Notes under the pieces: generated by a model
Databases searched by the model: none
The model's input: the letters and a program-made list of their open reading frames with translations, nothing else
What the model was told of the DNA's origin: nothing
Shown here: positions 1-12,019 of the stretch, piece after piece
Position numbering within the stretch: the first letter of the stretch is position 1
How the letters are laid out: each line of letters begins with the position of its first letter
Position numbers and translations under genes: made by a program
Assembly: GCA_964016885.1 (NCBI GenBank)
Contig: OZ024740.1
Span: 238,576,001 to 238,640,000, forward strand
Reading direction: 5' to 3'
From: Eledone cirrhosa
Taxonomy: Eukaryota
DNA: 64,000 bases

Positions 1-698
1 ATAGTCATGGTTATCATTTTCACCAACAGTGGAGTTAACTTAAATGAAAACATAGGTGGCCCTTAAAAGGGCCAAATTAGAAAACAAATATATGGCTATC
101 AAATTTTTTTCACCAACCCTATACATTTATGAAGAAATGTTTAGAAAACAAATTTTTTCACCAACCTTATTCAAAAGCATGGATACAGTCCACATGGAGA
201 CAAGAGACAGTCCCCATGGAGACAAGAGACAGTCCCCATGGAGATTAATGGTATCTGCTGTAGTAGCGGTAGTGATGGAAAAATGCGTGTATTATTACAA
301 AGTGAAGATTAAAGTTTATTTATTTACACGTGGTGTTAGTAGGGATTGTCTCCATGGGGACTGTATCTATGCTTTTGAATAGGGTTGGTGAAAAAAATTT
401 GATAACCATATATTTGTTTTCTAATATAGGTGGCCCTTAAAAGGGCCACCTATATTTTCATTTAAGTTAACTCCACTGTTGGTGAAAATGATAACCATGA
501 CTATGAAAATATAAATGATTAAATCCAATTTATTTGATAACCATGACTTGTTTTCTAATTAACTTAAATTTGTTTTCTAATTTGGCCCTTTTAAGGGCCA
601 CCTATATTTTCATTTAAGTAACTCCATTTACATCGATATACTTTAATAAAAAAAAAAAAAAAATTTCATTTAAGTAACTCCACTTACATCGATATGCT
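1..698. repeat. Scrambled foldback/inverted-repeat region
   Basis: 1-50 is the exact reverse complement of 455-504; about 170-200 pairs with 345-378; further partial copies at 535-698. Confidence 0.8.
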
Positions 699-701
699 TT
701 A

Positions 702-1890
702 ATAGAAAAAAGCCACCAGCAGGGACCTGTTTGTACATTTCAGATCGGCCCTCCCAGCCGGTGCTAAGTTTGGATACATAAGGAACGAACTAACACGTAT
801 CCGGAACAAATGCACCGACGCTAGAGACCAAGACACACACACCACACATTTCCTGGAAGTACTCAAACTGAACGGATACCCGACATCCACCACGAACCGT
901 GCCAGAACGAACAGAGGACACCACACCCGAGGCACTAACACCTGCTTCCTGAAACTCCCACAGCCATCCGCAGAGCTATCAGATGAGAGGGACTAGATAT
1001 CCAACTAGCCCACTCAGGTCCTTCTCTACGCGGACAGCTAACCAAAAGACACTCCACCAGACATGACAGCCACTGCAGACTAGCCAACTGCCCCATCAAC
1101 GACACAGACCTATGCCACCAGGCTTATGTCATATACAGACTAGAGTGCGACAAATGCAGCAACTTCTACGTAGGTAGCACCACCAGACCACTTCACATAA
1201 GAATAAAAGAACACCTCAATACTAACGCTTCCTCATTTAAGAAACACCTAGTGAAATGCAAAAACACCGACAAAACCATAACAGTTAGGATAGAAACTAA
1301 GGAAAGAAACCTCGGCAATCTTAGAATTAAGGAAGCACTGATTATAGACAAAACACAACCACCAATTAATAATAGACTAGAACTCAACACCCAATTTATA
1401 ACTTGATAGAGCATCTAGCCCCATACTTCAACCCTCCTACCACACGCACGCACACACGCTTACACCTCCACTTATTCTCTCTCACACACACAAAGACCAG
1501 TTCTAACACGAGAGAGCATCTATCCCTCACATTTACGTATAGACATATCTTCTTACACTCACACCTTCACATATTCTCCCACACACTTAAACATACATGT
1601 ACAAAACTCCTTTTAAAGGGAGGCTATTCTTTATCCACCTAACCTTCACTCTTTGACATTAGAGATAGAACAGATACTCTATACCATTTTCTGTCAGCAT
1701 GACTTGGCAAGCTATTTAGAACACTGGTTTAACCGCTTTACTTCCATCTGAAGAAGAGATATTATCTCGAAAATTAAGGACATTTAAATAAATTTAAGGT
1801 AAAAGACTAATTGTCAACAATATCTTTTGCATTTGCATTTATATTCTATGTCCATACCTGCATTGTTTTGGCTTTACAAATACAAACGTT
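702..1890 (+). mobile_element. 5'-truncated Penelope-like retroelement (RT thumb plus GIY-YIG endonuclease, degenerate)
   Basis: Translates to KKATSRDLFVHFRSALP...LKLNGYP, then after a frameshift and stop YVIYRLECDKCSNFYVGSTTRPLHIRIKEH...IKEALII (stop 1404-1406); 3' region ends at (TA)n. Confidence 0.88.
1742..1780 (+). ncRNA. Minimal hammerhead-like motif in the Penelope 3' repeat
   Basis: CTGAAGA-a-GAGAT(att)ATCTC-GAAA-atta-agga; stems I and III are weak. Confidence 0.45.
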
Positions 1891-2126
1891 TATATATATA
1901 TATATAGGCAATATCAACATGATTCTGTGGTATATATAACATTTATGGCATCTAATTTTATGAAAACACTTTTACTACTCCTATTTGCTGTGTAATATGA
2001 AAAGAATGACAGTCATCCTCTAAATAACAACAAATATAGCTATAATATAACACCATTACAACACAAGTAAAATTAAAAGACATGACATCACAACATATAT
2101 GGCATTGATATGAACAATTGACTTAC

Positions 2127-2345
2127 TTCTAACATTTTCTCAAGCTGTTCCTTTTGTGAGAGTATTGCCTTTATTTGTTCATCTTTCGTTGCAAGAGTGT
2201 GCCGAAGTTCACTAAGTTCAGTAGATAATTGTTGGATGCTAACATGTAGCCGAGCCATTTCTGTTGGACAGTTTTCTTTATTTTCTTCACTAGTTAGCTC
2301 ATTAAGGTTTACACAGGCAGCTTGGGCTGCAATCAGTTCTGCTGT
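2127..2345 (-). CDS. USO1: USO1 exon E18 (coiled coil): TAELIAAQAACVNLNELTSEENKEN...KEQLEKMLE
   Basis: tttcag| and |gtaagt, 219 nt, phase 0-0; coiled-coil character but little motif-level homology. Confidence 0.8.
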
Positions 2346-2581
2346 CTGAAAAATCAAAGTATGCAGAATGTTAAAAATTACAGACTATTGCAATGTTTTT
2401 TCTTCCTCAGTTCAATTGATGTCACAAGACATTATGTATAAACCAGTATACTAGTACCATATTTAATTTTTGGAGTCCAGCATTGGTACAATATATATAC
2501 CGGAATTACTGGATAAATGAACAATCATAAAAACTGAGAAATTTGCATTTTGCTAAATTTATAGAGGTGTATTGACATAAG

Positions 2582-4151
2582 GTGAAGAGAATACTTTGCT
2601 GATCTCTGAAACCTGACCACAAAAGCATCTTCTGATGTACATGAGGTGCATCTGGGAATGGTGACTAATCTCTTGGAAGCTGAGGTCTCATAAGCAGTTA
2701 AAGAGCTCAAATGTGGTAAGGTCACTGGGGAAGACACAATCCGGTCCAAGATGTTAAAAACCTTAAATAAAGAAGGTATTCTCTCGATGACTTGTGTATG
2801 CTGGGTGCCCTGGAAAGGCCCATAAGCAATGGTAATCGGGAGTGATAATCCCAATTTTCAAAAAGGGAGACAAGAGACATTGTTCTAATTACAAAGGGAT
2901 CTCCTTGTTAAGCCTGCCTGGTAAAGTCTATGCTAAGTGTCTGGCAAAGAGATGTAGGGAGATTATCCAGCTCAAGCTAGCTGATGAACAGTACGGTTTT
3001 CGCCTTGGACAGAGCACAGCCAACCAAATATTCACACTGTGGCAGGTCTTTCAGAAATTATAGGAGTATTGCCAAGAAGTATATTCCTGTTTTGTAGACT
3101 TCAAAAAGGCATATGACTGCGTTCCTCGGGACTTGCTGTGGAAGGTTCTGCACGAGTATGAGATCAATAGTCAGCTTCTTGTTACTCTGAGGTCTCTATA
3201 CAAATGCCCAAGTATTTGTGTTTGGATAAATGGTGCTAAATTGAAGCCATTCAATGTGGTGCTGGACTCTGCCATGGGTGCATACTGTTTATCATTTTCA
3301 TGAACAGGATTGACATATGTAGGCAGGTTGGAAGAGGTATCATGACTGGCAAATGTAAAATCAGTCAGTTGGAATTTGCAGACAACATGGTGTTACTTAA
3401 TTCGACAGGTGATCTCCGATTTGCACTTGATAGGTTTGATGCTGAGTGTTGCATGACTATAATGAAAATCAGTGCTGCGAAAACTGAGACATGTCCAGTC
3501 TACATGTGAATGGAGTTCCACTGAAGCAGGTGGAGAAGTTCAAGTATCTCGGGTCGTGTTCACGAGTAATGGAAGGCAGGGGGCTGAATTAAGTGCAAGA
3601 ATTGCATGAGCTGGTTCAGTAATGCACCAGATTCAGCATTCAATAATCAGAAGAGGGGAGGTAGGTGTAAAAGCCAAACTCGCCATCTTGAATTCGGTAT
3701 TTGTGCCAACCCTTAACTATGTGTAATGGCTGAAAGAATAAGATTACAAATACAAGCAGCTGAAATGGGGTTCCTCCGAAGAGTCTTTGGAGTAATGTTA
3801 CTTGATAGAGTGTGTAGCTCGGAGATCAGAGAATCACTTCAGGTAGAGCCACTACTTCCCCGAATTGAGAGATCACAGCTCCGATACTATGGGCATGTTG
3901 TTGGAATGTCTCAGTAAAGAATCATTGAACAGATTCTATGGGCAAAACTAACCAGCAGAGGACCCAGGAGTAGACCTCAAGCAAAATTGTTGGATAACAT
4001 CCATGTGCTTGGCTAGTCTCGTTTGGGGATCTAGCCAGTAAAGTTGGAGACAGTTGCTTCTGACAAGACATGCTGGAAGGAGTGTTTGAGGACTGCCCTC
4101 TACCTCCCGACTCCCTCAGGAAATGGAGGAAAAGAAGAAGCAGCAGCAGCA
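2582..4151 (+). mobile_element. 5'-truncated RTE-clade LINE (degenerate reverse transcriptase)
   Basis: IIPIFKKGDKRHCSNYKGISLLS, EQYGFR, LEFADNMVL, QAAEMGFLRR, RYYGHV; (AAG)/(CAG) tail; TSD acataag at 2575-2581 and 4152-4158. Confidence 0.92.
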
Positions 4152-4602
4152 ACATAAGAGAAACTTAATAGTTTATGTGGATTACTGACATGTGGAAGTG
4201 ATTCAAGATAGAAATGATATTTGACTAATTTATTTCTAGGATATATTCAGCATGTATACAGAAGTTAACATATGAGTAACTTTAGAGAAATAACTATTTA
4301 CAGGGCTAAATGTAAGGTTAGAACCCAGGCCCTTTGTGATTGGAAAGCAAACTTTTTATAGCAACATGAGAGATATAGGAAATGCATTGTATGTTTTTGT
4401 GTGTGACGTATAAAGAGTTACAGATGGATATAGTAGCTGACTTCCCAGCTACTATGCCTCTTCAGATCATACTGGACATATGAGAAATAAATATAATTCA
4501 TTCAATATAAAACAAAAGATATGTACTATCACACAACAATGGAATTATACTAGTACAGCCTCTTTGAAGCTATATAATCCCTATGAGGCTATATTATAAC
4601 AG

Positions 4603-4793
4603 TGTGGTGGATTGGCAGTATCGGTAGAGGGTCGGATGCTATGCTTTGATGCACAGAGTTACGGCCCTTGCCATTCTGAGTTCGAATCCTGCTGAGGTTC
4701 ACTTTGCCTTTCATCCTTACGGGGTCGATAAAATAAAGTACCAGTAATGAACTGGGTGTTGCTGGCCTTGCGCCAAAAAGTAGAAACAATTAT
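4603..4793 (+). mobile_element. tRNA-derived SINE, family A
   Basis: A-box TGGCAGTATCGG, B-box GAGTTCGAATCC; many copies in the window. Confidence 0.8.
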
Positions 4794-4806
4794 TACTGTG
4801 AGGTTA

Positions 4807-7800
4807 TACTAGGTACAGGGTAAGACTATGACACTAGGTATGGGGTAAGACTATGACACTAGGTATGGGGTAAGACCTGACACTAGGTATGGGATAAGAC
4901 TATGACACTAGGTATGGGGTAAGACTATGACACTAGGTATGGGGTAAGACTATGACACTAGGTATGGGGTAAGACTATGAACTAGGTATGGGGTAAGACT
5001 ATGAACTAGGTATGGGGTAAGACTATGAACTAGGTATGGGGTAAGACCTGACACTAGGTATGGGATAAGACTATGACACTAGGTATGGGGTAAGACTATG
5101 ACACTAGGTATGGGATAAGACTATGGCATTAGGTATGGGGTAAGACTATGACACTAGGTATGGGATAAGACTATGACACTAGGTATGGGGTAAGACCTGA
5201 CACTAGGTATGGGGTAAGACTATGACACTAGGTATGGGATAAGACTATGACACTAGGTATGGGATAAGACTATGACACTAGGTATGGGATAAGACTATGG
5301 CACTAGGTATGGGGTAAGACTATGGACACTAGGTATGGGGTAAGACTATGGACACTAGGTATGGGGTAAGACTATGAACTAGGTATGGGGTAAGACTATG
5401 ACACTAGGTATGGGATAAGACTATGACACTAGGTATGGGATAAGACTATGACACTAGGTATGGGGTAAGACTATGACACTAGGTATGGGATAAGACTATG
5501 GCACTAGGTATGGGGTAAGACTATGGACACTAGGTACGGGGTAAGACTATGACACTAGGTACGGGGTAAGACTATGGCACTAGGTATGGGGTAAGACTAT
5601 GACACTAGGTATGGGATAAGACTATGACACGAGGTATGGGGTAAGACTATGGACACTAGGTACGGGGTAAGACTATGACACTAGGTACGGGGTAAGACTA
5701 TGACACTAGGTATGGGGTAAGACTATGAACTAGGTATTGGATAAGACTATGACACGAGGTATGGGGTAAGACTATGGGCACTAGGTACGGGGTAAGACTA
5801 TGACACTAGGTACGGGGTAAGACTATGGCACTAGGTATGGGGTAAGACTATGACACTAGGTATGGGTTAAGACTATGACACTAGGTATGGGGTAAGACTA
5901 TGACACTAGGTACAGGGTAAGACTATGACACTATGTATGGGGTAAGACTATGACACTAGGTATGGGGTAAGACTATGACACTAGGTATGGGATAAGACTA
6001 TGACACTAGGTATGGGGTAAGACTATGACACTAGGTACGGGGTAAGACTATGACACTAGGTATGGGATAAGACTATGGCACTAGGTATGGGGTAAGACTA
6101 TGACACTAGGTATGGGATAAGACTGACACTAGGTATGGGATAAGACTATGACACTAGGTATGGGGTAAGACTATGACACTAGGTATGGGATAAGACTATG
6201 ACACTAGGTATGGGGTAAGACTATGACACTAGGTATGGGATAAGACTGACACTAGGTATGGGATAAGACTATGACACTAGGTATGGGGTAAGACTATGAC
6301 ACTAGGTATGGGATAAGACTATGACACTAGGTATGGGATAAGACTATGACACTAGGTATGGGATAAGACTATGACACTAGGTATGGGATAAGACTATGAC
6401 ACTAGGTATGGGGTAAGACTATGACACTAGGTATGGGGTAAGACTATGACACTAGGTATGGGGTAAGACTATGGACACTAGGTATGGGGTAAGACTATGG
6501 ACACTAGGTATGGGGTAAGACTATGAACTAGGTATGGGGTAAGACTATGACACTAGGTATGGGATAAGACTATGGCACTAGGTATGGGGTAAGACTATGG
6601 ACACTAGGTATGGGGTAAGACTATGACACTAGGTATGGGATAAGACTATGACACTAGGTATGGGGTAAGACTATGACACTAGGTATGGGATAAGACTGAC
6701 ACTAGGTATGGGATAAGACTATGACACTAGGTATGGGGTAAGACTATGACACTAGGTATGGGATAAGACTATGACACTAGGTATGGGATAAGACTATGAC
6801 ACTAGGTATGGGATAAGACTATGACACTAGGTATGGGATAAGACTATGACACTAGGTATGGGGTAAGACTATGACACTAGGTATGGGGTAAGACTATGAC
6901 ACTAGGTATGGGGTAAGACTATGGACACTAGGTATGGGGTAAGACTATGGACACTAGGTATGGGGTAAGACTATGAACTAGGTATGGGGTAAGACTATGA
7001 CACTAGGTATGGGATAAGACTATGGCACTAGGTATGGGGTAAGACTATGGACACTAGGTATGGGGTAAGACTATGGACACTAGGTATGGGGTAAGACTAT
7101 GAACTAGGTATGGGGTAAGACCTGACACTAGGTATGGGATAAGACTATGACACTAGGTATGGGGTAAGACTATGACACTAGGTATGGGGTAAGACTATGA
7201 CACTAGGTACGGTGTAAGACTATGACACTAGGTATGGAGTAAGACTATGACACGAGGTATGGGGTAAGACTATGGACACTAGGTACGGGGTAAGACTATG
7301 ACACTAGGTACGGGGTAAGACTATGGCACTAGGTATGGGGTAAGACTATGACACTAGGTACAGGGTAAGACTATGACACTAGGTATGGGTTAAGACTATG
7401 ACACTAGGTATGGGGTAAGACTATGACACTAGGTACGGGGTAAGACTATGACACTATGTATGGGGTAAGACTATGACACTAGGTATGGGGTAAGACTATG
7501 ACACTAGGTACGGGGTAAGACTATGACACTAGGTACGGGGTAAGACTATGACACTAGGTACGGGGTAAGACTATGACACTAGGTACGGGGTAAGACTATG
7601 ACACTAGGTATGGGGTAAGACTATGGACACTAGGTACGGGGTAAGACTATGGACACTAGGTACGGGGTAAGACTATGGACACTAGGTACGGGGTAAGACT
7701 ATGGACACTAGGTACGGGGTAAGACTATGGACACTAGGTACGGGGTAAGACTATGGACACTAGGTACGGGGTAAGACTATGACACTATGTATGGGGTAAG

Positions 7801-8247
7801 ACTATGGACACTAGGTACAGGGTAAGACTATGGACACTAGGTACAGGGTAAGACTATGGACACTAGGTATAAGGTTAAACTATGGACACTAGATATGGGG
7901 TTAGACCACCAAACTAAGTATGGGGTAAGATTATGGACAATAGGTATGGGGTAAGACTATGGACAATAGGTATGGGGTAAGACTATGGACACTAGGTATA
8001 AGGTTAAACTATGGACACTAGGTATGGGGTTAGACCACCAAACTAAGTATGGGGTAAGACTATGGACACTAGGTACAGGGTAAGACTATGGACAATAGGT
8101 ATGGGGTAAGACTATGGACACTAGGTACAGGGTAAGACTATGACACTAGGTATAAGGTTAAACTATGGACACTAGGTATAAGGTTAAACTATGGACACTA
8201 GGTATGGGGTTAGACCACCAAACTAAGTATGGGGTAAGACTATGGCA
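4807..8247. repeat. Minisatellite, ~25-bp unit cactaggtatggggtaagactatga (~135-140 copies)
   Basis: Direct tandem array with small indel and substitution variants. Confidence 0.98.
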
Positions 8248-8282
8248 CCAGAACATTAAACATAAAATGAAAGTGTACTTAC

Positions 8283-8383
8283 AACCTGTTTCAGTTCCTC
8301 CTCTTTAGATTTTAGTTTTGTTTGTAATGCTTCAACCTCTTGTTTTAATTGGCCTGTTTCATCTTTTTTACCATCTTGATTTC
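8283..8383 (-). CDS. USO1: USO1 exon E17 (coiled coil): GNQDGKKDETGQLKQEVEALQTKLKSKEEELKQV
   Basis: ttatag| and |gtaagt, 101 nt, phase fits E16; heptad-like. Confidence 0.85.
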
Positions 8384-8440
8384 CTATAAAATATATTAAA
8401 TGCAATGATGATGCTGACAGAATGATAATGCTGATAATAA

Positions 8441-8619
8441 TTGTTTCTACATTTGGCACAAGGCCAGCAAATACCCAGTGCATTACTGGTACTTTATTTT
8501 ATCGACCCCGTAAGGATGAAAGGCAAAGTTAACCTCGGCGGGATTTGAACTCAGAATGGCAAGGATCGTAACTCTATGCGTCAAAGCATGGCGTTCGACC
8601 CTCTACCGATACTGCCAAA
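8441..8619 (-). mobile_element. SINE family A copy
   Basis: Reverse complement of the copies at 4603-4793 and 35388-35577. Confidence 0.8.
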
Positions 8620-8670
8620 ATGATGAGATGAAAGCAATGTGTGCGTGTAGATTGTGGTAAACATCTACAA

Positions 8671-9222
8671 GACGACAGCTGTATAAAAAAGTGCAGGGCG
8701 ATAAAAATAGACAGTAACCACGGAGTAGGCAGACCCAGAAAAACCTGGGACGACTTGATAAATTCCGACCTCACACACTTACACCTCTCCAAGACAATGT
8801 CACTGGACCGAGATCTTTGGCGCTACACAGTAATACAGAAGACCCGCCTTACCTAAGTACAAAGTGAAACCTACTACAGTCAGTAGGCACCTCCAACAAA
8901 AATACACCCCCCGTCCCACTACCCCTTTCAATGTAAAGTTATGTTGGTACCACAACATCCAGGCCGAAACAAATGAGGTCGTGTAGGTGTCACAACAAAA
9001 AAAACACACAGTCCACGCTGTAATGTGGCCGTGTAGGTAACACGGTAAAAACCTCCCAGTCCACACTGTAAACGTGGTTGGTGTTAGGAAGGGCATCCAG
9101 CCGTAGAAAACCCACCAGACAGTCCTATACGAGCAAGTCAACCAATCTTGCCTCAAGTGGGAAAATTCCCGTCCAAACCCATGCAAGCGTGGAAGATGAC
9201 GTTAAACGATGATGATGATGAT
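8671..9222 (+). mobile_element. RTE LINE 3' fragment with (GAT)n tail
   Basis: DDSCIKKCRAIK...GVGRPRKTWDDLINSDL; tail gttaaacgatgatgatgat. Confidence 0.85.
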
Positions 9223-9734
9223 CTCTTCTTGAAACTAAAAAATTCTCAACTTTCTAAATTATTTCTAGAGATGGATAGCAGTTCTGTTAGTGGGATGTGG
9301 AAATTGAGTACTCAGTTCCATGCATCTAGAACCTTCAAGATTGATTTGTTGATAATGCTATTAAGAGCAGATGCTGTAAGGAATTGTGGACCTAACACAA
9401 ACATGTGTCATGTCAACTGCTATACAGGGGACCTCTAATCATCTATGTAAGAGGCAGTAGAACTCACTAAGTACAGAAAAGGTGATGATGAGTGAGCGAG
9501 CAGATTTGGTAAATTTTTATTATTACATCAACTCAAAGGAGTTGTGGAGTTCTTGGGTGGCGGAATTACAGAAAATGAGTAATTTACGACAGTTTTGAAG
9601 GCCATATTCATTCAAAACACATCAAAAATCATAGGAAAAACAAATTTCACCTTTAACATTCTAGCCAAACCTAACTACCCTTAACATTAAAAAAAATAAT
9701 TTACTATTACAGCTGTCTCTGGAACGAGTGTAAT

Positions 9735-9920
9735 AATTCTTTCTAGCATTGGCACAATTATATCAATCCTAGTACTTAACTGGTATTTATTTTATTGATC
9801 CTGGAAGGATGAAAGGCAAAGTTGATCTTCGCAGGATTTGAACTCAGAATGTAGAAAGCCATAACTAAACTAAATATCCCAAGCCATTTTGTCTGACAAT
9901 CTACTGATACTGCAAATTCA
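9735..9920 (-). mobile_element. SINE family A-like copy (diverged)
   Basis: ggatgaaaggcaaagttgatc...ggatttgaactcag core. Confidence 0.65.
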
Positions 9921-10046
9921 TGGGTGTAATAATAAAAATTTACTGGACATTATCTCCCCACAACAGCATTCAATGATATAGAGTTAAGGAAGAAAAACTA
10001 AACAAGAAACTTATGTAAAAATGATGTTGTTAAAACTATATAGGGT

Positions 10047-10386
10047 AAATAAGGACCACTTTCGGTCATGAATGGCCATGGGATTTGTACCTAGAAAGTT
10101 CTTCTCTGAGGCACAAGTCTGGACAAGGTTGTTTGTGGCAGACCAGTATTTGCCCATGCATACCAGACTCCCCTCTCCATGCCACTGACATTGTCCAAGG
10201 AAAAGGCAATGGCTGATACAACTTGGCACCAGTGACGTTGCAACTCATTTCTACAGCTGAGTAAACTGGAGCAACCTGAAATAAAGTGTCTTGCTCCAAG
10301 ACACAACGCATCACCTGGTCCAAGTATTGAACCCACAACCTCCCGATTCAAGCCCAATGCTCTAACCACTAAGCCATGCACCTTCA
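10047..10386 (-). mobile_element. tRNA-derived SINE, family B head with a different 3' part
   Basis: Minus-strand TGGCTTAGTGGTTAG A-box, GGTTCAATAC B-box and ttggagcaagacacttt core; head shared with 15560-15697. Confidence 0.75.
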
Positions 10387-10544
10387 CATTAAAACCATAC
10401 CATACAAGACTTGCCCAAGCCATGCAGGCAAGGAGGAAAAGATGTAAAAATGATAAAGGTGATGATGATATATCACATCTCTGATTGGAAATTAAACTGC
10501 TTTGTTCTATTTATAAAGATGGAAAAGAATGTTTTAATGCAAAC

Positions 10545-10683
10545 CTTTTCGAGCTTTCAACAAAGCATTCTGGTCTTTCAATTGCTGGATCTGTTGTTTT
10601 GTTTCTTCAAATTCTTCTTTATTTAAATTACTTTGGGATTTATAACCCTTCAACTCTTTCCTTAATTCATTCAATTGTATATC
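10545..10683 (-). CDS. USO1: USO1 exon E16 (coiled coil): DIQLNELRKELKGY...QQIQQLKDQNALLKARK
   Basis: tttcag| and |gtttgc, 139 nt; IQQLKDQ matches p115. Confidence 0.9.
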
Positions 10684-11477
10684 CTGAAAGATGCAAAAGA
10701 TTTTGATTTTTTTCTTTCAAATATATATAATTCTTAACAGAATAAACACCATTTCAATTTATAAGTAGCAAATCCTGTTAAAAGTAATCAAAGAGTGTTT
10801 GTTGTTTCCATACCAGTTAATAGTATACACTAGAAGCAAATATTTGATATTGCTCAGGTTCATAAATAAATAAATTACAGCAGTGATTAAACAATTTTTT
10901 AGTCTCCTTTTGCCTTGGATCTGATTTTTTTTAAAATTAAAAATTGATTTCACTAATTTTTGAGGCTATATTTCAAATGAAACTGCACCTTAAAAAACAT
11001 AATTGAGTGAATCCCCACAAATGTTAAAACAAGCATCATCACCATTGTTTTATGTTTATTTTTAGACCTTGTATGGGTTAGATGGGTTGTTGTATTCTGA
11101 GATTAGACTGATCAGATGACCACATCTTGCTATTATGTTCCATTTTGGTATGGTTTCTACAGGTGGATGTCCTTTTTCATAGCACCAGCACTACAACATT
11201 ACAAATGGTGGATGATCATCGTCATCACTGTTTAACGTCCATTTTTCCATGCTAGCATGAGTTAGACAGGTTGTCTCGTTTGAGGCAATGATATATATAT
11301 GACAACAGAGCAAACAAAATGGTAGCTTAAAAAATCTTCAGTTAAAAATAAAAAAAAACAGGTAGTGTTATTATTATGTAGGCTGTTCCTTAATCTTATA
11401 GCAGATATTTTTGTTCTTTATGGTACAATTTTAAGGAAAGAAATTGTAGATTAATTTGGTAAGAATACATTACTCAC

Positions 11478-11593
11478 TTGCTCTCTAATCAATTCTTTGT
11501 ACTGAATCACTATACTACTGTGTTCCTGTATACTAGCAGAATGGTTACTCTTTCCTTTACTGTCTGATACAGATACTGCTCTTAAAACTTCAT
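11478..11593 (-). CDS. USO1: USO1 exon E15: NEVLRAVSVSDSKGKSNHSASIQEHSSIVIQYKELIREQ
   Basis: tttcag| and |gtgagt, 116 nt; YKELIREQ motif. Confidence 0.93.
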
Positions 11594-11834
11594 CTGAAAT
11601 AAAAGACAATACCAGTAAAACAATGAAAATTTTCTAGATCTTAGAATACAGAATTAATCTCTTAAGTTCTGATTTATATAATTTTTCTCACATCTTGTAT
11701 ATCTATGCAAAATTATATCTGAAGAGGTAATTATATTTATGAAATATATGGAATCACCTATGGAGAAATGAAAACCTTTCTAGAATGTGTAATTAAGATG
11801 AAAATAAACTCACTACCAGTAAATAATATATAAT

Positions 11835-12019
11835 TGTTTCTACTTTTGGCACAAGGCCATCAATTACCCAGTACATTACTGGTACTTTATTTTATCGACC
11901 CCGTAAGGATGAAAGGCAAAGTTAAACTCGGTGGGATTTGAACTCAGACCGTAAAGGGACGTAACTATGCTGGAAAGCATGGCGTCCGACCCTCTACCAA
12001 TACTGCCAATCCACCGCCT
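11835..12019 (-). mobile_element. SINE family A, full length with TSD
   Basis: Flanking direct repeat cagtaaataatatataat at 11817-11834 and 12020-12037. Confidence 0.88.

Noticed and set aside
56-382. 108-aa ORF at the window start
   Set aside because: Lies in the foldback repeat, includes an internal short tandem duplication and has no recognisable protein motif
4430-4466. Hairpin atagtagctg/cagctactat preceded on the minus strand by CTGAAGAG (half hammerhead)
   Set aside because: The GAAA and stem III half is missing; at most a truncated relic
4603-4700. tRNA-like A and B boxes here and in other SINE heads
   Set aside because: No cloverleaf; they continue into SINE bodies with tails and TSDs, so they are not tRNA genes
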